Below, one piece after another: positions 10,254 to 18,138 of a stretch of 62,035 nucleotides of DNA. The stretch lies in assembly GCA_964408435.1 (NCBI GenBank), contig CAYOZL010000006.1, forward strand, positions 1 to 62,035. Reading direction: 5' to 3'. The stretch's first letter is position 1. Each line of letters opens with the position of its first letter. The position numbers and the translations under genes are program-made. This DNA is from an uncultured Bdellovibrionales bacterium. GTDB lineage: Bacteria; Bdellovibrionota_C; UBA2361; SZUA-149; CAYOZL01. Under the pieces are notes generated by a model, which ran no database searches, had not been told where the DNA came from, and worked only from the letters and a program-made list of their open reading frames with translations.

Positions 10254-10847
10254 TCATTGTTTTAAGAAATTATTCACTTTAATTATACTATTTTTATTGT
10301 CTATATGCTGTATCGCATTCCAGTTTAATTCAATTGCTGCTTCTATGTTTTCTTTCATATCATCTACAAAAAGAATTTGATTAGGCTTTAAGTTAAACTT
10401 TTGAATAAAAGTCTCATATATTTTATGAGCAGGTTTCATCGATCCAGCTTCATGAGAAGTTAAGTACCCATTTACAAAATTAGTTAACCCATATGTTTTT
10501 TCTAGAAATGGCCAATGAATAGGGTTTGTATTGCTAAGTAGATAGGTGGGGTGCTTCTTTGCAGTTTGTTTTGCAAAATCAAACATTTCTTTATCTAGAG
10601 TAAAGATATTTTCCCAATTATCTTTAATTTCTTTTAGCTCTATTTTTTTATCTAAGTTCGAGTTGATTTTATTTAAGAAGCTTTGCTCAGATATTAAACC
10701 TTTTTCAAAATCTAGTAAGGAGCTTTTTTCGAAAAAGTCTTGATTATCTTTAAAGCTGGCTCCATGTTTTGTGAGAAAAGCTTTAAATTTTTCAAAAGAG
10801 AAGTTAACTAGAACTTTCCCAACATCAAAGACAATAGTTTTGGCCAA
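10254..10847 (-). CDS. HAD-superfamily hydrolase
   Basis: 197 aa with HAD motif I (IVFDVGKV), motif II (LLSNT) and motif IV (FVDDMKENIEAA). Confidence 0.7.
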   Translation of the reverse strand: MAKTIVFDVGKVLVNFSFEKFKAFLTKHGASFKDNQDFFEKSSLLDFEKGLISEQSFLNKINSNLDKKIELKEIKDNWENIFTLDKEMFDFAKQTAKKHPTYLLSNTNPIHWPFLEKTYGLTNFVNGYLTSHEAGSMKPAHKIYETFIQKFNLKPNQILFVDDMKENIEAAIELNWNAIQHIDNKNSIIKVNNFLKQ

Positions 10848-10853
10848 ATCTTT

Positions 10854-13448
10854 CTAGCCTCTTCTTTTTCTTTTTTTCTTCTTCGCTGGGCCTTTAGCTG
10901 CTCTTGCTTCAATTAAGTCAACTGCTTGTTCCATTTTCAGTTCCATTGGGTCTTGCCCTTTAGGAATTGTAGCATTGAACTCACCATCTGTTACATATGG
11001 CCCGTAACGTCCACTTAATACTTTTAATTCTTTCTCACTTACTGGATGCTTGCCAAGAGATTTTAGCTCTTTAGGTTTTGCAGCTTTTCTCCTTGAAGAT
11101 TTCTTTGGTTGTTTAAGTAATTCAGTTGCCTGCTCTAGTGAAATATCTAAAGGTGAAAGCTCATCTAAATTAATAGATCTAGTCTCGTCCCCATTTTTAA
11201 TATACGGACCGAATCTTCCATTCATAGCTATAACATCTGCATCGTTGTACTTACCTAAGTTCCTAGGTAAACTCAGAAGCTTAACTGCATAAGCTAAATC
11301 AACATCATCAGGAGTTATGTTAGAAAGTAGGGAAGCCATTTTTGGCTTTATCTTCTTACCTTTTTCATTTTCTTGTACATCTCCTAGTTGGACATACGGG
11401 CCATAAGGTCCAGTTTTTAAATATATTGGTTCACCTGTCTCTGGGTGAAGTCCAATAGATTCAGGAGCTTTAGAAGCGGTAGTTAAAATCTCTACAGCTT
11501 TATCTAAGGTTAATCCATCTGGTTCTTGCTCCTGTAGGACACTGGCTCTGTTTTCTCCATCACTTATAAATGGACCATATTTACCAATTCTAACCTCTAC
11601 TAGCGTGCCATCTTCTTTATTCCCAATTGGAAGTCCGCAAACGTCTCTAGGATCAATTTTTTCAATACCATCAGTTACAAGTGTTTTTAAACCTGGGTGA
11701 CCATTGCCGAAGTAAAACTTTTTTAAATACTCTACGTTATCTGCTTCGCCCCTTGAAATTGCATCTAAGTCATCTTCAAGTTTTGCCGTGAATTCGTAGT
11801 TTACTAAATTGGTGAAATGCTTTTCTAGTAAACCAACTACTGCAATTGCAGTGTAGGTAGGAACTAAAGCGCTACCTTTTTTAAATGCATAAGCTCTACT
11901 TAATACTGTTTGTACAACTGTAGCCCAAGTACTTGGTCTTCCAATCCCTTTTTGCTCAAGTATTTTAATTAAACTACCTTCTGTGTATCTAGCAGGTGGT
12001 TTAGTAGTGTGCTCGCTAGAGTTTACTTCATTTGTTTTAATTTCTTCGCCTTCTTCCATCTTAGGAAGGATTTTTTCTTTATCTGCTAACTCTGCTTCTG
12101 GGTCATCTGAGCCCTCAACGTATGCTCTTAAGAAACCTGGGAAAGAAATTGTTTTTCCAGATGCCCTAAATAAACCTTCTCCAAGTTTTATTTGAGCAGT
12201 TACATATGTTCCTTCAGCGTTTTTCATCTGAGATGCAATAGTTCTTTTCCAAATTAGTTCGTATAATTTTGCAGCTTCACTACCTAGTGCTTTTTTAACA
12301 TCACTTACTGATTTAAAAGTATCTCCTGCAGGTCTAATTGCTTCGTGAGCTTCTTGTGCGTTTTTAACTTTTGTAGAGTAAGTTCTAATTTCTTTAGGTA
12401 GGTAGTCTTTACCAAAATCTTTTTCAATTAAGTCTCTCGCAGCTGTAAGTGCTTGCCCACTAAGAGTTGTTGAGTCAGTTCTCATGTAGGTAATAAAACC
12501 GTTTTCATAGAGTTGCTGAGCTATGCCCATAGTTCTTTGGGCAGAAAGTCTTAACTTTCTATTCGATTCCATTTGCAAGGAACTTGTAACAAAAGGAGCA
12601 GGTGGCTTAGAAGAAAAAGGTTTTTGCTCAATTTTATTAACTATTGGTGTTTCTTTTTTAAGTTTTGCAGCAAGTTCTTCAGCTTGTTTCTTATCTAGCG
12701 CAATAACTTTTCCACTATCTTTAAGCTTTCCAGTATCTGGATCGAAGTCTTTTCCAGTCGCTATTCTTTTCTGATCTAAATGCGTTAAGTCTGCTAAAAA
12801 TTCAGAGTCTTTAAAAAACTTAGAAGTTAAACTCCAATAATCAGCTTTATTAAATTTTATTCTTTCTCTTTCTTTCTCAACTAATAATCTAATTGCAACA
12901 CTCTGAACTCTCCCTGCACTAAGACGAGGAGCCATTTTTCTCCATAGCAAAGGACTTACTTCGTAGCCATAGAGTCTATCAACTATTCTTCTAGTCTCTT
13001 GTGCTTTAACTAAACTTACATCTACTTCTCTAGTATTTTCTATTGCTTTTTTAATCGCATCTTTAGTGATTTCGTGAAAAACTAATCTTTTAATTGGCAC
13101 TTTAGGTTTAAGTGCTTCTAGTAAATGCCAGCTAATAGATTCTCCTTCTCTATCTTCATCCGTTGCTAGTAGTAGTTCTTTAGATTCTTTAAGTGCTGCT
13201 TTTAAATCTTTTACATGAGCTTTTTTAGACTTAGGAATAATATAAAGAGGTGTAAAGTTATCATCTACATTTACTCCAATTTTAGACCAAGCTTCTTTTT
13301 TAACCTTAGCTGGTATTTCAGAGGCACTATTAGGTAAGTCTCTAATATGACCATTTGAAGCCATGACTTTATATTTTGGACCTAAAAACTTCTTAATTGT
13401 TTTAGCTTTTGTCGGTGATTCTACTATTACTAATGTTTTATCTGCCAT
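10854..13448 (-). CDS. topA: DNA topoisomerase I (type IA) with a zinc-free repeat C-terminal domain and a lysine-rich tail
   Basis: 864 aa with a TOPRIM N-terminus (LVIVESPTKAKTI, ATDEDREGE) and active-site region GFITYMRTDS. Four G(R/K)(F/Y)GPY repeats and no CxxC zinc ribbons. Ends in KKKKRKRRG. Confidence 0.92.
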   Translation of the reverse strand: MADKTLVIVESPTKAKTIKKFLGPKYKVMASNGHIRDLPNSASEIPAKVKKEAWSKIGVNVDDNFTPLYIIPKSKKAHVKDLKAALKESKELLLATDEDREGESISWHLLEALKPKVPIKRLVFHEITKDAIKKAIENTREVDVSLVKAQETRRIVDRLYGYEVSPLLWRKMAPRLSAGRVQSVAIRLLVEKERERIKFNKADYWSLTSKFFKDSEFLADLTHLDQKRIATGKDFDPDTGKLKDSGKVIALDKKQAEELAAKLKKETPIVNKIEQKPFSSKPPAPFVTSSLQMESNRKLRLSAQRTMGIAQQLYENGFITYMRTDSTTLSGQALTAARDLIEKDFGKDYLPKEIRTYSTKVKNAQEAHEAIRPAGDTFKSVSDVKKALGSEAAKLYELIWKRTIASQMKNAEGTYVTAQIKLGEGLFRASGKTISFPGFLRAYVEGSDDPEAELADKEKILPKMEEGEEIKTNEVNSSEHTTKPPARYTEGSLIKILEQKGIGRPSTWATVVQTVLSRAYAFKKGSALVPTYTAIAVVGLLEKHFTNLVNYEFTAKLEDDLDAISRGEADNVEYLKKFYFGNGHPGLKTLVTDGIEKIDPRDVCGLPIGNKEDGTLVEVRIGKYGPFISDGENRASVLQEQEPDGLTLDKAVEILTTASKAPESIGLHPETGEPIYLKTGPYGPYVQLGDVQENEKGKKIKPKMASLLSNITPDDVDLAYAVKLLSLPRNLGKYNDADVIAMNGRFGPYIKNGDETRSINLDELSPLDISLEQATELLKQPKKSSRRKAAKPKELKSLGKHPVSEKELKVLSGRYGPYVTDGEFNATIPKGQDPMELKMEQAVDLIEARAAKGPAKKKKRKRRG

Positions 13449-13676
13449 TTTATCAGGATTTATTTTATTAAATTTCTTAGGACTCCTTATAATAATGTGA
13501 GCTAGAAAGACAAGAGATGTCTTAAAGTTAAAATGAGGTAAAAAATAATACTAAGTCTTTACAGGGGATTAGCAAGCTAAGAAAAAGGCGAAATATCAAT
13601 AAAGCCCTAAACGTCTATTAAATAGAGCTTAAAAAACTTACATAGACTTTTAAGTATTATTAACTATAGTATCGAA

Positions 13677-14339
13677 ATGAAGTTCTTCTTATATATTATT
13701 ATCTTTACTACGAATTGCTTTGCTCAGCTCTCACAGTTAGAGTTTGAAGATAAAGTAGCAAAGAAAAAGAAAGCAGCAGTAGAAAAAAATAGTGTAAACT
13801 CTGAGAAATCTAAAAAAGTAGAAATCAAAAAGAAAGAAGTAAAAAAATCCTCTAATGAGAAATTCTCATATTCTGGAAAAGCAGTGAACTTAAAACCTTT
13901 TGATGATTTAGCTTTTATCCCTCCTGGTTTGAAAGGAGTAGCTACTGATAAGAAAAATTCCAATGCTGTTACTTCAAGTATCTCTTGGGTTTTGCCAAAA
14001 TCTAAAGACTGTTCAATCGGAGTTAATGAGACTTCTTTTCTAAAAAGAGGTATGGCGTTAAAAGAAGTTTTAAGTCGTTTCACTGGCAATGACGATTATT
14101 TTGATGCAAGCATTGATAATATTTGTAGTGAGAAGTGTGAAGGGAAAGAACCATTACTTACTAATTTAAGAATTGACGAGCTCTCTAGTGTTGTTTTATC
14201 AGTTGGGATCATTAAAAACTCTTGTAGATATCTTTTAGAAAAGCCTAAGAAGAAAGATTGGAAAACTATTAAACTCCTTTCTATGACATGTAGTTGTATT
14301 AATTCTTCAAAAGCTAAAAAAGCCTTAGGAAAAAAATAA
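13677..14339 (+). CDS. Hypothetical secreted lysine-rich, Cys-containing protein
   Basis: 220 aa with a signal peptide (MKFFLYIIIFTTNCFAQ), a KKKE-rich low-complexity region and a Cys-containing C-terminal part. Its stop overlaps the next start (TAATG). Confidence 0.45.
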   Translation: MKFFLYIIIFTTNCFAQLSQLEFEDKVAKKKKAAVEKNSVNSEKSKKVEIKKKEVKKSSNEKFSYSGKAVNLKPFDDLAFIPPGLKGVATDKKNSNAVTSSISWVLPKSKDCSIGVNETSFLKRGMALKEVLSRFTGNDDYFDASIDNICSEKCEGKEPLLTNLRIDELSSVVLSVGIIKNSCRYLLEKPKKKDWKTIKLLSMTCSCINSSKAKKALGKK

Positions 14340-15061
14340 TGTCAGTTAGTCTGACAAATCTCAATCAAGTCTCATATCTAGAATTTAAGAGCGAAAAAGC
14401 GAACTCTCTTAGCTTGGAGATGTTAAATCAAATTTCAAAGTCTATTGATGAACTTAAAGATGATAATAAAGTCTTAGTTATTAAGAGTGGAGGAGAAAAA
14501 GCTTTTTCAGCAGGAGCAAACTTTGATGAGTTTGAAAAAATTTCTACGAATAAGGAAGCCTTAGATTATTTTTCAGGTTTTATTAAAGTATTAAATTCGA
14601 TTAGAAAAACTGAGAGTATCGTAATTTGTAGAGTGCATGGTAAAGCAGTCGGAGGAGCAGTTGGTCTGATTTCTGCTTGTGATTATGTCTTCGCTCTGGA
14701 GAAAGCCGAGCTTAAACTCAGTGAGCTAAGTATTGGAATTGGACCATTTACTATTAGCCCTGCACTGGAAAGAAAAATTGGTAAAGCGCATCTTTCTGAA
14801 ATGCTATTAGATTCAGAATGGAAAGATTCGAATTGGTCAAGCAGAGTAGGCTTGTTTAACAAAATATTTAAAGACTTAAAAAACCTAGATCTAGCTTTGC
14901 AAGATTTTAGTGATCATTTATGTAAGCAGAGTAAGAATACATTATTAGAGAATAGAAAGCTTTTATGGGATGGAACTGAAGACTGGCCAGAGTTAATGCA
15001 GAAAAGAGCAAAGGTAGTCTCTGAGCTGTTAATTAATAGTAAATGCAGTGATGTTATATGA
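14339..15061 (+). CDS. Enoyl-CoA hydratase/isomerase (crotonase) family protein
   Basis: 240 aa with a crotonase oxyanion-hole region (KAFSAGANFDEF, GKAVGGAVGL). The 4-nt ATGA overlaps pyrD. Confidence 0.7.
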   Translation: MSVSLTNLNQVSYLEFKSEKANSLSLEMLNQISKSIDELKDDNKVLVIKSGGEKAFSAGANFDEFEKISTNKEALDYFSGFIKVLNSIRKTESIVICRVHGKAVGGAVGLISACDYVFALEKAELKLSELSIGIGPFTISPALERKIGKAHLSEMLLDSEWKDSNWSSRVGLFNKIFKDLKNLDLALQDFSDHLCKQSKNTLLENRKLLWDGTEDWPELMQKRAKVVSELLINSKCSDVI

Positions 15062-16059
15062 ATGTATACCCAATTATAAAACCTATTTTATTTAAACTTG
15101 ATGCTGAAGTAGCTCATTACGTATCTTTGTATAGTTTAAAGCTGTTAAATTTTTTTGGTTTTACTAAGCTTTTATTTAAAACTAATAAAGCTAATTCTGT
15201 AAATTTAATGGGAATAGATTTTCCTAACAGAGTAGGTTTAGCTGCAGGAATGGATAAGAATGGCGATTTTATAGAAGAATTAGGTTCTTTAGGCTTTGGC
15301 TTTATTGAAGTTGGAACAGTTACTCCTAGAGCGCAAAAAGGAAATCCTAAGCCACGTTTATTTAGATTAATTAATAAACGTTCTATTATTAATAGAATGG
15401 GTTTTAACAATAAAGGTATAGAACATTTAACTAAAAAAGTTGCCGCTAGCTTCTATCCAGGAGTTATAGGAGTAAATATTGGTAAAAATTTTGATACAAG
15501 TAATGATAATGCAGTTAATGATTATTTACATTGCTATCAAAAAGCTTATTTAGTTGCAGACTATATAGTAGTAAATGTTTCTTCCCCTAATACTAAAGAC
15601 CTTAGAAAGCTTCAGTCTAGAGAAGAATTAAACAAAATCTTAGAAACCTTACTAAAAGAAAGGAGTAAATTGCTTACTGAGTGTGGCCGGTATGTGCCTT
15701 TGTTAGTTAAGATTTCACCTGATTTAGAAGATTTTAATGATATTATCAGTATTGTTAATGAATTAGATTTAGATGGTATTGTTGCAACTAATACAACTAT
15801 TTCTAGGGAAGATATTCCAGAACATAATGATTTAAAAGGTGGTCTTAGTGGCGACTTATTATTTAATAGATCCTTAGAGGTTGTTAAAATAATTAAATCC
15901 TTACTTAAAGAAGATAAGGTTTTAATAGGAGTTGGAGGTATTAACTCAGTAGAGAATGCTAAAGAATTATTAGAGAGCGGCGCTGACTTAATACAGATTT
16001 ATTCAGGACTAGTTTATTCTGGTCCAAATTTAATTAAAGATATAGTTGACTCAGTTTAA
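15058..16059 (+). CDS. pyrD: Dihydroorotate dehydrogenase (quinone), class 2
   Basis: 333 aa with GFGFIEVGTVTPRAQKGNPKPRLFRL, GFNNKG, VNVSSPNT and IGVGGI motifs. Confidence 0.9.
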   Translation: MNVYPIIKPILFKLDAEVAHYVSLYSLKLLNFFGFTKLLFKTNKANSVNLMGIDFPNRVGLAAGMDKNGDFIEELGSLGFGFIEVGTVTPRAQKGNPKPRLFRLINKRSIINRMGFNNKGIEHLTKKVAASFYPGVIGVNIGKNFDTSNDNAVNDYLHCYQKAYLVADYIVVNVSSPNTKDLRKLQSREELNKILETLLKERSKLLTECGRYVPLLVKISPDLEDFNDIISIVNELDLDGIVATNTTISREDIPEHNDLKGGLSGDLLFNRSLEVVKIIKSLLKEDKVLIGVGGINSVENAKELLESGADLIQIYSGLVYSGPNLIKDIVDSV

Positions 16060-16086
16060 TTTTCAGTTAAGTGGCTTCGCCTAATC

Positions 16087-16132
16087 AGCTATTTTGCTAA
16101 AGCAAAATGCCTTTAGCCAAAGGCCAATAGCT
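16087..16132. other. Nested palindromic element: outer stem enclosing two hairpins, downstream of pyrD
   Basis: AGCTA (16087-91) pairs with TAGCT (16128-32). Inside are TTTTGCT-AA-AGCAAAA (16092-16107) and GCCTTT-AGCC-AAAGGC (16109-16124). No trailing T-tract. Confidence 0.4.
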
Positions 16133-16275
16133 TTGCTGACGGTATGCTCGGCTATATTCTTTATCTATATAAAAATAACAATTTTTAGCAGATTTACTAT
16201 TTTTTTAACTTAATAATAAACATAGATTAAAACAGATCCATACAGCTACTTACTTCAAAATAAGTAAAAAGAGTT

Positions 16276-16291
16276 TTTTTTGAAGAATTAA
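16276..16291 (+). promoter_or_regulatory. Conserved 16-nt motif TTTTTTGAAGAATTAA, ending 70 nt before the PEP-CTERM gene 1 ATG
   Basis: An identical 16-mer sits at the identical distance upstream of the paralogous gene (17267-17282). Confidence 0.5.
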
Positions 16292-16360
16292 AGTAAACAT
16301 TTCCGACTAACATACATAACATTAGAAATTAAAAATTACTATTAATGAGGTGTATTAAGA

Positions 16361-17125
16361 ATGTTTATTAAAAAAATATTAACCAGCTTTTTTTCAGTAC
16401 TAGCTCTTTTTGCTTTTACTGCTACTCAAGCTAACGCAATTACAATTGACCCTGCTTTTTTAATCTTTAATTTTGATAATCCTAATGTTGGAGATGATCA
16501 AGATTTAGCTGTTAGGTTTGGTTTTAACAGAGATGGTACTGGTGGCATAGACTTTGAATTAAATTTAAATGAAGAAGCTGGCACAGCATCTATATTCTTT
16601 GATGATCTTGGTGGTAGAATTTTCGCCGCTGATGACTTAGGTAGAGAAAATAGCTTAGCAGAAGTTTCTCTTGACCTTGCTTTTACTTGGACAGGTATTG
16701 TTCAAGAAGGTGATAGTCTTGTACTTAGAGAGCCTACTGGAGCTGGAGCTGTTGCAAGCTTATCTTCAGATCTTTTTGGTGACCAAGATGTTCAGTTTAC
16801 ATTGGGCGCTGCAGGCACAACTAACAGTGAGATATTTCCAGCTGATGCTGATAATCCAGTATTTTTCTATCTTGGGCCTGATGGAGTGCCAACATACACA
16901 GAAGGCGACTTGAATGGTTTTTCTACTTGGTTTGCGGCTAATACATTAGTTACTGCTAATGGTATAACTTATAATGTAAGAGGCGATTTACACGGTTCTT
17001 CGACTTTTAATGTTGGTGGGGCAAATTTTCCTACTGATACTACAGAAGTTCCTGAGCCTGCTACAATGTTGCTTCTTGGTTCTGGAATTTTAGGTGGAGC
17101 TCTTAGAAAAAAGAAGAAAGCATAG
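16361..17125 (+). CDS. PEP-CTERM sorting-domain secreted protein (paralog 1)
   Basis: 254 aa with an N-terminal signal peptide (…ATQANA/ITIDP). The C-terminus VPEPATMLLLGSGILGGALRKKKKA has the PEP motif, a TM helix and a basic tail. Confidence 0.85.
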   Translation: MFIKKILTSFFSVLALFAFTATQANAITIDPAFLIFNFDNPNVGDDQDLAVRFGFNRDGTGGIDFELNLNEEAGTASIFFDDLGGRIFAADDLGRENSLAEVSLDLAFTWTGIVQEGDSLVLREPTGAGAVASLSSDLFGDQDVQFTLGAAGTTNSEIFPADADNPVFFYLGPDGVPTYTEGDLNGFSTWFAANTLVTANGITYNVRGDLHGSSTFNVGGANFPTDTTEVPEPATMLLLGSGILGGALRKKKKA

Positions 17126-17145
17126 TTAGTAATATTATGTTTATT

Positions 17146-17173
17146 AAAAGCGAGCTTTATGCTCGCTTTTTTT
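17146..17173 (+). terminator. Rho-independent terminator after PEP-CTERM gene 1
   Basis: AAGCGAGC-TTTAT-GCTCGCTT stem-loop followed by T7. The 31-nt string AAGCGAGCTTTATGCTCGCTTTTTTTATGCC is identical to 18095-18125. Confidence 0.8.
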
Positions 17174-17211
17174 ATGCCCTAAACTTTTCAAACTATTTTA
17201 AGTTTTATTCA

Positions 17212-17246
17212 TACAGCTAAATACAGATTCGTACAGATCCTTACAG
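17212..17246 (+). promoter_or_regulatory. Four TACAG repeats phased at exactly 10 bp, upstream of PEP-CTERM gene 2
   Basis: TACAG starts at 17212, 17222, 17232 and 17242. A shorter degenerate version sits upstream of gene 1 (CATAG 16220, AACAG 16230, TACAG 16240). Confidence 0.5.
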
Positions 17247-17266
17247 ACGAGGGCAATTTTTAAAAT

Positions 17267-17282
17267 TTTTTTGAAGAATTAA
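17267..17282 (+). promoter_or_regulatory. Conserved 16-nt motif TTTTTTGAAGAATTAA, ending 70 nt before the PEP-CTERM gene 2 ATG
   Basis: Same 16-mer and same spacing as 16276-16291. Confidence 0.5.
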
Positions 17283-17351
17283 TGCAAGTAACATCGATTA
17301 TTCTACATAACAACAATGAGTTTTCAAAAGATTTAATTATAAGGAGTTGAA

Positions 17352-18071
17352 ATGAAAAATTTACTAACCAGTATTCTATCTGCTGCAGCATTTCTAGCTG
17401 TTGGGGTTTGTAATGCGAATGCTATAACTATTGATCCAGGTATAATGGGATTTCAGTTGAACTCAGCTGGGCCTGCTTCTGAAGATTATAGAATATATCT
17501 TGGTGAGCCTAGGGGGAATGCTTCAGTTGAGTATCTTACTTATGAGCTTAACTTTGATGCGGAAGCAGGAACTGCCTCTGTATTTTTTGATAATGTCTCT
17601 GGTGTAATATATGCAGGAGATGACTTCCGCGGGAATACTGCAGAAGCATTAGCTGATGTTGCTGTTAATTTAGCCTTTACTTGGACTGGTATAGAACAAG
17701 AAGGTGATGCGTTCGTATTAAGAGATCCAACAGGAGCTGGTGCGGTTGCTAATTTATCGTCTGATTTATTTGATTCAGACCTATCTTTTAGTTTGAGCCC
17801 TAGAGGCACTACTGGTGCAAACTACGATGCTGCAGCAGGAGATCCGGTATATTTTTATCTTGGACCTGATGGTAGAGACCTTTTTGCTGGTGATGGTGGT
17901 CTAAATTTATCTGCATGGATTGCGGCTGATGCACCTGTTATCATTAACGGAACAAGTTTTGCAGTTACTGGTGATTTTCATGGAAGAGCAGAAGTGCCTG
18001 AGCCTGCTACTATGTTACTTCTAGGTTCTGGAATACTAGGTGGAGCATTAAGAAAGAAGAAGAAAGCATAA
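17352..18071 (+). CDS. PEP-CTERM sorting-domain secreted protein (paralog 2)
   Basis: 239 aa with a signal peptide (…VCNANA/ITIDP). Shares blocks with paralog 1 (EAGTAS(I/V)FFD, LAFTWTGI.QEGD..VLR.PTGAGAVA.LSSDLF, FYLGPDG). The C-terminal 26 aa are identical, including PEP-CTERM. Confidence 0.85.
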   Translation: MKNLLTSILSAAAFLAVGVCNANAITIDPGIMGFQLNSAGPASEDYRIYLGEPRGNASVEYLTYELNFDAEAGTASVFFDNVSGVIYAGDDFRGNTAEALADVAVNLAFTWTGIEQEGDAFVLRDPTGAGAVANLSSDLFDSDLSFSLSPRGTTGANYDAAAGDPVYFYLGPDGRDLFAGDGGLNLSAWIAADAPVIINGTSFAVTGDFHGRAEVPEPATMLLLGSGILGGALRKKKKA

Positions 18072-18094
18072 TTAGTATAATTGTGACTGACTAT

Positions 18095-18120
18095 AAGCGA
18101 GCTTTATGCTCGCTTTTTTT
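18095..18120 (+). terminator. Rho-independent terminator after PEP-CTERM gene 2
   Basis: Same stem-loop and T7 as 17146-17173. Confidence 0.8.
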
Positions 18121-18138
18121 ATGCCTTTTTAACTTTAT

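Noticed and set aside
16060-17351. Sigma-54 (-24/-12, TGGCAC-N5-TTGC) promoters upstream of the PEP-CTERM genes, as expected from the PrsR/PrsK paradigm
   Set aside because: No acceptable GG-N10-GC element was found by eye in either upstream region. Only the TACAG phasing and the TTTTTTGAAGAATTAA motif are conserved.
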